NCBI GenBank assembly: GCA_964431415.1
Contig: CAYSJS010000001.1
Coordinates: forward strand, 65,740 to 129,739
Length of the DNA stretch: 64,000 nucleotides
Direction of reading: 5' to 3'
DNA from: an uncultured Candidatus Saccharibacteria bacterium
Lineage (GTDB): Bacteria > Patescibacteriota > Saccharimonadia > Saccharimonadales > JACDBH01
Shown here: positions 28,048 to 36,267 of the stretch, piece after piece
Layout: the number at the start of each line of letters is the position of its first letter
Numbering within the stretch: the stretch's first letter is position 1
The notes under the pieces: model-generated
Databases searched by the model: none
The model's input: the letters and a program-made list of their open reading frames with translations, nothing else
Told to the model about the DNA's origin: nothing
Position numbers and translations under genes: made by a program

Positions 28048-29684
28048 TAGATTTCTTTAAACGAGCAAGGGGACATAAAGCAACTTACAATCTGCCCGCT
28101 ATGCGCTCCTCAAAGACACTCGAGCCACAGAACGGCTTTATCATTCCGGCCATACTAAGTCTTATGGTTGCACTGTCCATAATCACCGGTTCGGTCGTGA
28201 TATTGATCGACAGCAACTTTTCGCTGGTTAATCGAAATATTAAAAGTCAGGAAGCCTTCAATATTGCCGAGGCCGGTATTAACTATTATTTATGGCACTT
28301 AAGCCATAACGCTACCGACTACCGCGACGGGCAAAGCACTCCGGTAAATCCCGACGCGATACTTGGTTACGGACCATACACCCACAATTATATGAATAGC
28401 AATGCCACGATATCGGGAACCTTCAAGCTATACATAAAACCACAGTCAGCCACATCGAGTATTGTTTCCGTGCGCTCGACCGGTACTGCAAACGGCTACA
28501 ATGCGTCGCGCACTATCGAAGCTCAGATCGGCGCGCCGGCATTTTCTAGTTACGCCATTGTTTCCGACTCGGCATTATGGTTTGGCAGCAATGAAGAGGC
28601 AGATGGACCAGTCCATTCAAACCAGGGCATACGCATGGACGGCGCAAGCAACTCGGACATAACCAGTGCGAACGCCACCTATATTCCTTCGAGCGCCATT
28701 GGTGGGAACGGCAGCACCAGTCACCCTGGGGTCTGGTGTGATACGAGCGTCGTATCGCCCGTCAACTGCAGCACACGCCCAAAGACCGATTGGCGCTATC
28801 CCGTGCCTGCAGTCGACTTTAACCAAATCAGCGGAACGCTCTGCACCATCAAGAAGCTTGCTTTTGCCGCCGATGCCGCCACCAGCGCACTTGCAAATCA
28901 GGCCAATGCCTGCTCACAAACGCCCACTACGCGGACAGCTGCATATTTGCCACAGCGCAGTTCAAGCGCAAATACCTCGCGCGGATATCTGATCGAGCTT
29001 AATAATAACGGCACATATAATCTTTCAACGGTAAACAACGAAAACGATACGCAGTCATCCTACAGTACAGCCCTAAACACTCAGTCGGTCGCTAATAATA
29101 TTGCTATTCCGGCAAGCGGCGTTATATTTACAGAAGATAACGTCTGGGTACGCACAACTTCTACGTTTACCGGTCGCCTTACGATTGCTTCCGGTAGACT
29201 GGCAACCACCGTCGAAACAAATATAAATATTGCGGACGACATCGTATACACCAGCAAAAACGGCACCGATGCTATTGGTTTAATAGCCGAAAATTCTATA
29301 ATTCTTTCGCCGTATGCTGCACCGTCAAGCGGTAATTTTACATTGGAAGTGAACGCAGCAGTAATTGCCCAAAACGGCGATGTAGTATTCCCATCTAACT
29401 ACAGCTTTAGTAACGGTACTTGTACAAAAGGATACGTAAATCCGAATCAAAAACTTTATTTTTACGGCTCTATTGCGGTACGCCAAACCTGGACATGGTC
29501 GTGGCAGTGGTCAAGCAGCTGCGGCAACAATACATACGATTCAGTATCAGGAAAGTATATTTCCGGCTTTAAGTACAACACCACAAAGTATGACTACAAT
29601 CTAATGTATAATCCACCGCCCAGCTTCCCTATAACCAGCAGTTACAACACGCTCTCGTGGCGGGAAGTACTCGTTGCGCCCTAG
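28044..29684 (+). CDS. Pilus-associated large protein (PilX-like N-terminal hydrophobic helix)
   Basis: N-terminus QNGFIIPAILSLMVALSIITGSVVILI. ATGA-coupled to the preceding pilin gene. 546 aa, rich in Ser, Thr and Asn. Confidence 0.55.
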   Translation: MIDFFKRARGHKATYNLPAMRSSKTLEPQNGFIIPAILSLMVALSIITGSVVILIDSNFSLVNRNIKSQEAFNIAEAGINYYLWHLSHNATDYRDGQSTPVNPDAILGYGPYTHNYMNSNATISGTFKLYIKPQSATSSIVSVRSTGTANGYNASRTIEAQIGAPAFSSYAIVSDSALWFGSNEEADGPVHSNQGIRMDGASNSDITSANATYIPSSAIGGNGSTSHPGVWCDTSVVSPVNCSTRPKTDWRYPVPAVDFNQISGTLCTIKKLAFAADAATSALANQANACSQTPTTRTAAYLPQRSSSANTSRGYLIELNNNGTYNLSTVNNENDTQSSYSTALNTQSVANNIAIPASGVIFTEDNVWVRTTSTFTGRLTIASGRLATTVETNINIADDIVYTSKNGTDAIGLIAENSIILSPYAAPSSGNFTLEVNAAVIAQNGDVVFPSNYSFSNGTCTKGYVNPNQKLYFYGSIAVRQTWTWSWQWSSSCGNNTYDSVSGKYISGFKYNTTKYDYNLMYNPPPSFPITSSYNTLSWREVLVAP

Positions 29685-29821
29685 GCTATCAGTCTAATAG
29701 TCGGGTCAAGATTCACTTCAATAAACTCTATTTCAAAGTCAGACAGTACTACGCGCCGGTGGTCTTTCTGGCGCACAGATCGTTTTTTAAATTCTGGTTT
29801 TTTTGAAAAGCTACGGCTCAT
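29681..29821 (-). CDS. Candidate micro-ORF (46 aa, basic N-terminus)
   Basis: Not in the ORF track (under 60 aa). ATG at 29821 preceded by AAGGTGGAG ~10 nt upstream. Translation MSRSFSKKPEFKKRSVRQKDHRRVVLSDFEIEFIEVNLDPTIRLIA. Confidence 0.3.
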   Translation of the reverse strand: MSRSFSKKPEFKKRSVRQKDHRRVVLSDFEIEFIEVNLDPTIRLIA

Positions 29822-29847
29822 TGGTTTTTACTCCACCTTATTCGTAG

Positions 29848-29931
29848 TTAGATGTTAAATTCGGCAAATTTTTTATCAAGAAAGCGATGAATCTTTATTT
29901 CTAGATCGTGACTATTTAACATTGTTGGCAT
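29848..29931 (-). CDS. Candidate micro-ORF (27 aa)
   Basis: Not in the ORF track. ATG at 29931 preceded by GGGAGGTGG RBS. Translation MPTMLNSHDLEIKIHRFLDKKFAEFNI. Divergent from the Crp-family gene. Confidence 0.3.
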   Translation of the reverse strand: MPTMLNSHDLEIKIHRFLDKKFAEFNI

Positions 29932-30063
29932 AACCACCTCCCTTTTTTTAATCTACCTTTTCTTATTGAACACTCTCATAGTATCGTTCTTATGATTATC
30001 CGGCTGTAAGGACATAAACATGGCGAAAGCGAGATTTTTCACAAAGTAGTCTATACTATACAT

Positions 30064-30714
30064 ATGGAAGGTTTTACTTTACCGGGAGCTATTGTTCGTC
30101 ATTACGGCAAGTCCAGCATTGTTGTCTATCAGGGTGAAATTCCACGCGATGGTTTTTATGTAGAAAAGGGAATTATTAGGGTATATCAAATCGGCAGTAC
30201 GGGCGAAAGCCGTACGATAACGTTTTGCCGACCCGGTGACATTTTCCCGGTCGCGTGGTTAGCCGGTTCGGCAACGCCCGCAATTTACTACTACGAAGCA
30301 TTTGAAGATGTAGATCTTATGCAGGTAACCCGCGACGCGTGGACCGAGGCTCTTACGAACAAAGAAATACACGAACAATTTACAAAATATGTTATCCAAA
30401 ACTATCAGAACGCCCTCGTGCGCATAGCCGCCCTAGAGCAAGCAAAAGCACGCGAAAAGATTGCATACACCCTTTTTTACTTAATGCTGCGCCATGGGCG
30501 CGAAATAGTCCCTGGCGTCTTTCGGCTGGATATTCGCTTAAAACACCAAGACATAGCCGAACTAGTGGGTCTGACACGCGAAACCACCGCCATAGAAGTA
30601 CATGCGCTTCAGAAAGAAAAAGTTTTGTCCTATCAGAATCAACGCTATCTCATCAAAAAAGAAAAGCTGCTGGTTCAGCTTAACGAAGACAGTCTTCGTC
30701 ACCTCGAACTCTAA
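30064..30714 (+). CDS. Crp/Fnr-family transcriptional regulator
   Basis: N-terminal cNMP-binding beta-barrel-like region and C-terminal HTH (QDIAELVGLTRETTAIEVHALQKEKVL). A tatact -10 at 30052-30057 sits 6 nt before the ATG, so the mRNA may be leaderless. Confidence 0.8.
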   Translation: MEGFTLPGAIVRHYGKSSIVVYQGEIPRDGFYVEKGIIRVYQIGSTGESRTITFCRPGDIFPVAWLAGSATPAIYYYEAFEDVDLMQVTRDAWTEALTNKEIHEQFTKYVIQNYQNALVRIAALEQAKAREKIAYTLFYLMLRHGREIVPGVFRLDIRLKHQDIAELVGLTRETTAIEVHALQKEKVLSYQNQRYLIKKEKLLVQLNEDSLRHLEL

Positions 30715-30723
30715 ACGTTTATT

Positions 30724-31092
30724 TCAGGCACTAAGCTGCGCGTCTATCATTTTGGTAAGTTCCGATGGAGACGCCCAAGACTTCAGCATATATTTCGTGG
30801 CTCCGAGCGCAAACGCTTCGTCTATTTCTTTTTGCATATCTAAGTTACTAAATATGATCACTTTTACTTTTGGATGATTCTCGGCAATATTGTATTTTTT
30901 TAAGAATTCGATCCCGCCTATATGCGGCATACGTAAGTCAAGCAGTATAAGATCGGGTTCAAACGTTTCGCAGATCTTCAAAGCTTCCGCACCATCAAGT
31001 GCGCTTTCGACCGTATGGCCAGCCCGTTTTAAAATGAGTACGTACGCATCATTAAGGGCTTTTTCGTCTTCTGCGATGAGTATTTTTGCCAT
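30724..31092 (-). CDS. Stand-alone response-regulator receiver (CheY-like)
   Basis: KILIAEDE...DLILLDLRMPHIGG...KVIIFSNL...K. 122 aa with no output domain. Confidence 0.9.
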   Translation of the reverse strand: MAKILIAEDEKALNDAYVLILKRAGHTVESALDGAEALKICETFEPDLILLDLRMPHIGGIEFLKKYNIAENHPKVKVIIFSNLDMQKEIDEAFALGATKYMLKSWASPSELTKMIDAQLSA

Positions 31093-31168
31093 GGTTTCCT
31101 AACTTTTCCGAGCTTTCATATGTACTCTATAGTATACACTCATAAGCGAGCTGTAATATTTCTTACAT

Positions 31169-32944
31169 TTACTCCTTATGTTTCTTCGGTAAGGTGACGG
31201 TAAAGGTAGAGCCTTTTTTAGGCAAAGACACAAACGTTATATCGCCCCCATGCAGTAAGGCAAGCTGCTTTGCCAAATAGAGACCTATGCCGCTTCCGGC
31301 AATCTGACGCGTCAATTCATTAGGGATACGACTAAACTTTTTAAAAACATCGATATGATTTTTTTCGTCGATACCGACTCCATGATCTACAAAATCTACC
31401 ACCGCTATACCGCCCACAGATCGTAAGACAATCTTGATACGCTTATTCGGATACGAATATTTTGAAGCGTTAGAAAGAAGATTTTCAAATATCATCCTGA
31501 CATAGCGCGGATCAACTTCTGCACTTAGACCTCTTTTTGGCTTACTCAAAGAAACCTGCTGACCACGCTCTTTAATGGATGCCTTTTGATCGCGTATAAC
31601 CGACTCCAGAAGTTCGTCGATACGCACCGGTTCCGGATGCAAAGTAGTTTGTCCGGCATCAACGCGGGCAACATACAAAAGGTCGTCAACAATAGTAAGC
31701 TGCCGTTCGTTACTTTCGTACGCCATCTGAAGGAGCTTTTTTTGGTCTTTGCTGACATTGCCGGCAAAGCCATCGCGCACCATAGATATGTACTGCTTTA
31801 CGGCAGTTGCCGGTGTACGCAACTGATGAGACGCAAGGGACAGCAGCTCGTCTTTAGCCTCCTCGAGTCTTCTTTGTTCGTTATATGCAAGCGCCCGCGT
31901 CCGCCGTTGAATTAATAAATAGATAATTGCGGCGAGCGTTGTGGCGAATACACCCCCGCCCACGAGCACCCCGGTTGGTCGTGTCCGAATAGAGTAGGGC
32001 ACAATTCCTTCTTTGGTAAGATAGCGAACCACCCATGTCCTCCCGTAAAGCCGGAGCTCTTTTTGTAGCGATGACTCGTAGCTCATGACAGAATCATGGG
32101 GGACACTTTCGTAGACCAGCGTCTGATCTTCGACTCGGCTATCGTGGATAGTGAAGGCAAAGTCCGGCTCAGTCGGCGAAAACAAACTAGTAAATATCGA
32201 TTTTGTTTCAAATGGTGCATAAAAGTAGCCGGTGAGCGCCTCAAGCCGCTGCGTGTCGGTTTCGGTCGGCATACCCGTTTTATAAAGCGGCATATAGAGT
32301 AAAAAGCCGTCTCTCGTATTTTCTTTGCCCGACTGAATAAGGCTAACTAAATCCGAGAGAGTGGGTTCACCCGTCCGGGCAGCAAGCAGCATAGCCGAAC
32401 GACGCGTGGCATCGGAGTACATATCAAAGCCAAGAGCCGGCGAATTACGATCGGTTGTCACTTGGTTACCGGTTGGTACAATATAGGTAATCGGCGCATA
32501 TTCAGTCCGCTCGCCTTCAGGGTAAATCGTGTAGCTATCTAAACTTTCACTGCGAATAGACTGCTGGAAGCCTTCTTTGTCCGGCCCAGACACGAGCTTG
32601 ACATACCCAACACCTCTGATTCCCGGATACCTTTTTGTAAGCTGCAGCGACTGCACAAACGTCTTCCACTCATCGCGCGTCACTGCGTCGGAACTCATAA
32701 ATAAACCGTTAGCCGCCCGGAGCGCGTCCTCATAAATACTAAAGCGCTGCAAAATACTGCTTTCTATAAACGAAGCGTTTTGGCTAACCGTTGTGCTCAG
32801 CTGAGTTTTTATATCCTGCCGAGCGGTACGCCAGCTAACCACAATAATCATCATGAGCGCCAAAAACACCAGCAAGGCCGGCAGCAATGGCCGAACATAC
32901 TCTTCGCGTTTTGTATTATCTTCTGGGGAATTAATTATAAACAT
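31169..32944 (-). CDS. Sensor histidine kinase with large extracytoplasmic sensor domain (CHASE-like)
   Basis: Two TM segments flank a ~280-aa periplasmic-type domain. H-box SLASHQLRTPATAV; N and G boxes LLSNASKYS and GSGIGLYLAKQLALLHGG. Confidence 0.9.
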   Translation of the reverse strand: MFIINSPEDNTKREEYVRPLLPALLVFLALMMIIVVSWRTARQDIKTQLSTTVSQNASFIESSILQRFSIYEDALRAANGLFMSSDAVTRDEWKTFVQSLQLTKRYPGIRGVGYVKLVSGPDKEGFQQSIRSESLDSYTIYPEGERTEYAPITYIVPTGNQVTTDRNSPALGFDMYSDATRRSAMLLAARTGEPTLSDLVSLIQSGKENTRDGFLLYMPLYKTGMPTETDTQRLEALTGYFYAPFETKSIFTSLFSPTEPDFAFTIHDSRVEDQTLVYESVPHDSVMSYESSLQKELRLYGRTWVVRYLTKEGIVPYSIRTRPTGVLVGGGVFATTLAAIIYLLIQRRTRALAYNEQRRLEEAKDELLSLASHQLRTPATAVKQYISMVRDGFAGNVSKDQKKLLQMAYESNERQLTIVDDLLYVARVDAGQTTLHPEPVRIDELLESVIRDQKASIKERGQQVSLSKPKRGLSAEVDPRYVRMIFENLLSNASKYSYPNKRIKIVLRSVGGIAVVDFVDHGVGIDEKNHIDVFKKFSRIPNELTRQIAGSGIGLYLAKQLALLHGGDITFVSLPKKGSTFTVTLPKKHKE

Positions 32945-33020
32945 AGGTTATCTTTAGGTGGGTCGCTTTAAAGGTGAAGATAGCAGCCACAGGTAAAACG
33001 CGCTGTAAGGTATATTACAC

Positions 33021-33200
33021 TCAGGAAGATTTTGAAGGGGTTTTCTTGCCGGCGCGGCGCGCTTCAGAAATACCAATTGCCACCGCTTGTTTTCGATCTT
33101 TAACTACTTTGCCGCTTCTACCGCTTTTGAGCTCTCCTTCTTTAAACTCTTCCATAACATCGTGTATTTTGTCCTGAGCCGCTTTGGAATACTTCGCCAT
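33021..33200 (-). CDS. Small basic conserved-looking protein (59 aa)
   Basis: Not in the ORF track. ATG 33200 with AAGGAAAAAGG upstream. Translation MAKYSKAAQDKIHDVMEEFKEGELKSGRSGKVVKDRKQAVAIGISEARRAGKKTPSKSS resembles a widespread small stress-type protein family; this is from memory and unverified. Confidence 0.5.
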   Translation of the reverse strand: MAKYSKAAQDKIHDVMEEFKEGELKSGRSGKVVKDRKQAVAIGISEARRAGKKTPSKSS

Positions 33201-33232
33201 ACCTTTTTCCTTTACTTTTTAGGCTGGGGGTT

Positions 33233-33451
33233 TTAATCGTTGCCATCGTTTTCTTCTTCTGTGACTACATCACTCAGCTTATCGTCATCGTCAGCCACCG
33301 CATCGGTATCGTCTTGCATATCACTAATGAGCTCATCCGCCTCTTCTTCAGAAATTTCGTCGCGGCGTATACCTCTTTCGCTCAGCAAACGGTCGCGCTC
33401 CAGCATCTCTTCGTCACTTCTCGTATCATCGTCCGTGTATGTTCCGTCCAT
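33233..33451 (-). CDS. Highly acidic small protein (72 aa)
   Basis: Internal ATG 33451 follows AAAGGAGAA RBS; the ORF track start is 33508. More than 45% Asp/Glu. Confidence 0.45.
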   Translation of the reverse strand: MDGTYTDDDTRSDEEMLERDRLLSERGIRRDEISEEEADELISDMQDDTDAVADDDDKLSDVVTEEENDGND

Positions 33452-33593
33452 CCGATATTCTCCTTTTTTATTACTTGATACCAATATAATTATAGAACCG
33501 CTTGCCAAGGGACCGCTACGAGAAATGTTACAGACGATTCTAGTATATATACCCGACTATTGTTATGCTTAAGGTAAGGGAACTATCTAGCAT

Positions 33594-34820
33594 ATGTGGC
33601 GCATACATAAAAGCCGTACGATTCGTAAAAAGACATTGGCGTTTCTTTTACTGTGCGTGCTGACCAGCGGTCTGGGTCTTTATTCTTACCGCTCTTTTGC
33701 GATGCCGCTGCCGCTCGCTTCAGTATCGACCTATACCACTTCGGCAAAAAGTTCGGAGCTGGTGCCATTACCATGGCCCGAAAAAGGTCAGGCGGCAATT
33801 GGCAGCTTGGCCGAGGGAGTGTTGGCACGTTCTAGCACCGACCAAAATCCGCAGCCAATTGCCAGTATTGCAAAGATACTTACTGCACTTGCCGTACTCG
33901 ATAAAAAACCACTGGCACTCAATGACGACGGGCCGTCGATTACGCTCGGCCGCCGAGATGTGGATATATATAAAGACTACATAGCAAACGGCGGTTCTGC
34001 AGTAAAAGTGGAAGAGAATGAAGTACTGAGTTTAAGACAAATACTTGAAGGCACACTTCTGCCATCGGCAAACAATCTCGCCGACAGCATGGCTATATGG
34101 GCGTTTGGTTCACTTGAAAATTACACCGAGTATGCAAACAAACTCGTTAGCTCGTGGGAGCTACACAAAACTACCGTACGTGATGCCAGCGGCTTTTCCG
34201 ACACCACAACCAGCACAGTAGACGAACTTGTTCGTATAGGCCAAAAAGCAATGAGCAACCCCGTGCTTGCAAACATCGTTCAGAAAAAGGAGGCTACTCT
34301 ACCTGTAGCCGGCGTAATAACCAATACCAACATCTTACTGGCAAACGGAGCCACGGGTATAAAAACCGGCCACACTGACAAAGCGGGCGCGTGCCTCTTA
34401 TTTGCGACTAATTATGCGGTTACTGATTCTGCAACTATAACCGTAATCGGGGCAGTGCTCGGCCAATCGGATATGAGCCAAGCATTTGCCGCTTCAGGGT
34501 CGATCATAAGCGCCAGCAAAAAGAATTTTGGCGAACAGACCATAGTTGCAAAAGGGGAGAGAGTCGCCAGTTACCGCAGCGCCTGGGGCTCGGTTACAGG
34601 AATCGTAGCCAACGAGCCTCTGACATTTGTGGGCTGGAAGGCCAGCAACGTAAAGGTAACCACCGCCATAAAAGAGGCGAGCACGGTAAAAAAGGGCGAA
34701 GACAGCGGCGTCGTAAGCATCAGCTTTAACAACAAAACTTCAAGTGTCGCAGTAAGTGCCGAAAACGACCTCGGCAAACCGTCTATATACTTTAGGCTGA
34801 GACATGGTCTTTCGTTATAA
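33594..34820 (+). CDS. D-alanyl-D-alanine carboxypeptidase (serine-type, PBP5/S11 family)
   Basis: SxxK (ASIAKI), SxN (PSANN), KTG (KTGHT). N-terminal signal/anchor. Confidence 0.88.
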   Translation: MWRIHKSRTIRKKTLAFLLLCVLTSGLGLYSYRSFAMPLPLASVSTYTTSAKSSELVPLPWPEKGQAAIGSLAEGVLARSSTDQNPQPIASIAKILTALAVLDKKPLALNDDGPSITLGRRDVDIYKDYIANGGSAVKVEENEVLSLRQILEGTLLPSANNLADSMAIWAFGSLENYTEYANKLVSSWELHKTTVRDASGFSDTTTSTVDELVRIGQKAMSNPVLANIVQKKEATLPVAGVITNTNILLANGATGIKTGHTDKAGACLLFATNYAVTDSATITVIGAVLGQSDMSQAFAASGSIISASKKNFGEQTIVAKGERVASYRSAWGSVTGIVANEPLTFVGWKASNVKVTTAIKEASTVKKGEDSGVVSISFNNKTSSVAVSAENDLGKPSIYFRLRHGLSL

Positions 34821-34844
34821 ATATCTGTTACAATTGGGTCAATT

Positions 34845-35813
34845 ATGACCGCACATAGTCCAAAGCTTTCAGTAGTGATACCCATCTTTAACGAATCGGC
34901 CGGCTTGGCGCGATTTCACGAAGAGCTTTTAGCGGTTTTAGAGCCGATGTCCATACCGTACGAAGTTTTATACTGCGACGATGGCAGTCATGATAACTCG
35001 GGTGATATGGTGAAAAACTGGGCGCAAAACAGGGATTCGATTAAGCTTGTTTCGCTTTCAAGAAATTTTGGCAAAGAAGCGGCGCTTGCCGCCGGACTCG
35101 CGCATGCCCGCGGCCAGGCAATACTCATGATTGATGGCGACGGACAGCATCCGGTTGAGCTTATTCCCGACTTTCTTGCTGCGTGGGAGCAGGGGGCACA
35201 GGTAGTGGTCGGCCTGCGCCGGTCCAATAGCGGCGAAGGCTACGTAAAACAATATGGCTCAAAATTCTTTTACTACCTGTTTAACAAGTTCGCTTCGGAA
35301 CCACTTATACCGGGCTCAACCGACTTTAGGCTCATAGACAGAGAGGTACAGCAAGCATTCCTGGAATTAAAAGAAAACGAAAGACTCACCCGCGGACTTA
35401 TCGACTGGCTTGGCTTTAGGCGGACGTTTATTTCTTTTGATGCGCGTGCCCGCGAGCACGGCAAGGCAGGCTATTCAAATCGCAAGCTTATCGGCCTTGC
35501 TGCCAACAGCATTATTTCGCTCACCGTAGCTCCGCTCTATCTATTCGGCTACATCGGCATGGCCATCACGTTCTTTTCGTTTATATTCGGCACAGTCGTG
35601 TTCTTGGAGCAAATCCTACTTAATGATCCGCTATCGTGGGATTTTACCGGTACGGCATTACTCGGCATCATGACCGTCTTTTTGGTCGGCATTGTACTGC
35701 TTTCACAGGGAATCTTAGCGATTTATATATCTCATATTCATGCCGAAACAAAACAGCGTCCACTCTATGTCGTGGATTACTCGCATTCTGCCGGCATTAA
35801 TGAGAAACGTTAA
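34845..35813 (+). CDS. GT2 polyprenyl-phosphate glycosyltransferase (GtrB/ArnC/DPM1-like)
   Basis: LSVVIPIFNES, YCDDGSHDNS, DGDGQHP and two C-terminal TM helices. Confidence 0.88.
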   Translation: MTAHSPKLSVVIPIFNESAGLARFHEELLAVLEPMSIPYEVLYCDDGSHDNSGDMVKNWAQNRDSIKLVSLSRNFGKEAALAAGLAHARGQAILMIDGDGQHPVELIPDFLAAWEQGAQVVVGLRRSNSGEGYVKQYGSKFFYYLFNKFASEPLIPGSTDFRLIDREVQQAFLELKENERLTRGLIDWLGFRRTFISFDARAREHGKAGYSNRKLIGLAANSIISLTVAPLYLFGYIGMAITFFSFIFGTVVFLEQILLNDPLSWDFTGTALLGIMTVFLVGIVLLSQGILAIYISHIHAETKQRPLYVVDYSHSAGINEKR

Positions 35814-35815
35814 CG

Positions 35816-36235
35816 ATGTTTAGCCGCTTAAGAAAAGTCAACCCGACCATTAGGCGTTATGTCGTAGTGGGCGTGCTCGTATATTTTTTTGAGATAGCGG
35901 TCCTTATTCTTGCGCAACAGCTTGGAGCCAGCGCTTTAGTGGCGGTAACGTTTAGTTTCTGGCTCGGTCTCGTGGTCTCCTTTCTGCTGCAGAAGTTAGT
36001 AACATTCAAAGATAAGCGCCTACATAGAAAAATCGTCCTCGTCCAGTTCCTGGCTGCCTGCGCCTTGGTTCTTTGGAACTTCTTATTTACGCTGTTGGTA
36101 ACAAAAATCCTTGAAAGCGTTATACCCGCGGCCCTAACCCGAACACTCGCTTTAGGTGTCACCACTATATGGAACTTTTACTTATATAAAACACGCATTT
36201 TTAAACAACCGCCGCTAGATCCGCTTGTTTCCTGA
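35816..36235 (+). CDS. GtrA-family membrane protein (putative lipid-linked sugar flippase)
   Basis: 139 aa with 4 TM helices. Size, topology and position immediately after the GtrB-like gene fit GtrA. Confidence 0.75.
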   Translation: MFSRLRKVNPTIRRYVVVGVLVYFFEIAVLILAQQLGASALVAVTFSFWLGLVVSFLLQKLVTFKDKRLHRKIVLVQFLAACALVLWNFLFTLLVTKILESVIPAALTRTLALGVTTIWNFYLYKTRIFKQPPLDPLVS

Positions 36236-36267
36236 GAGCTTTTCGGTAATACTTATACGTAAGCGAT

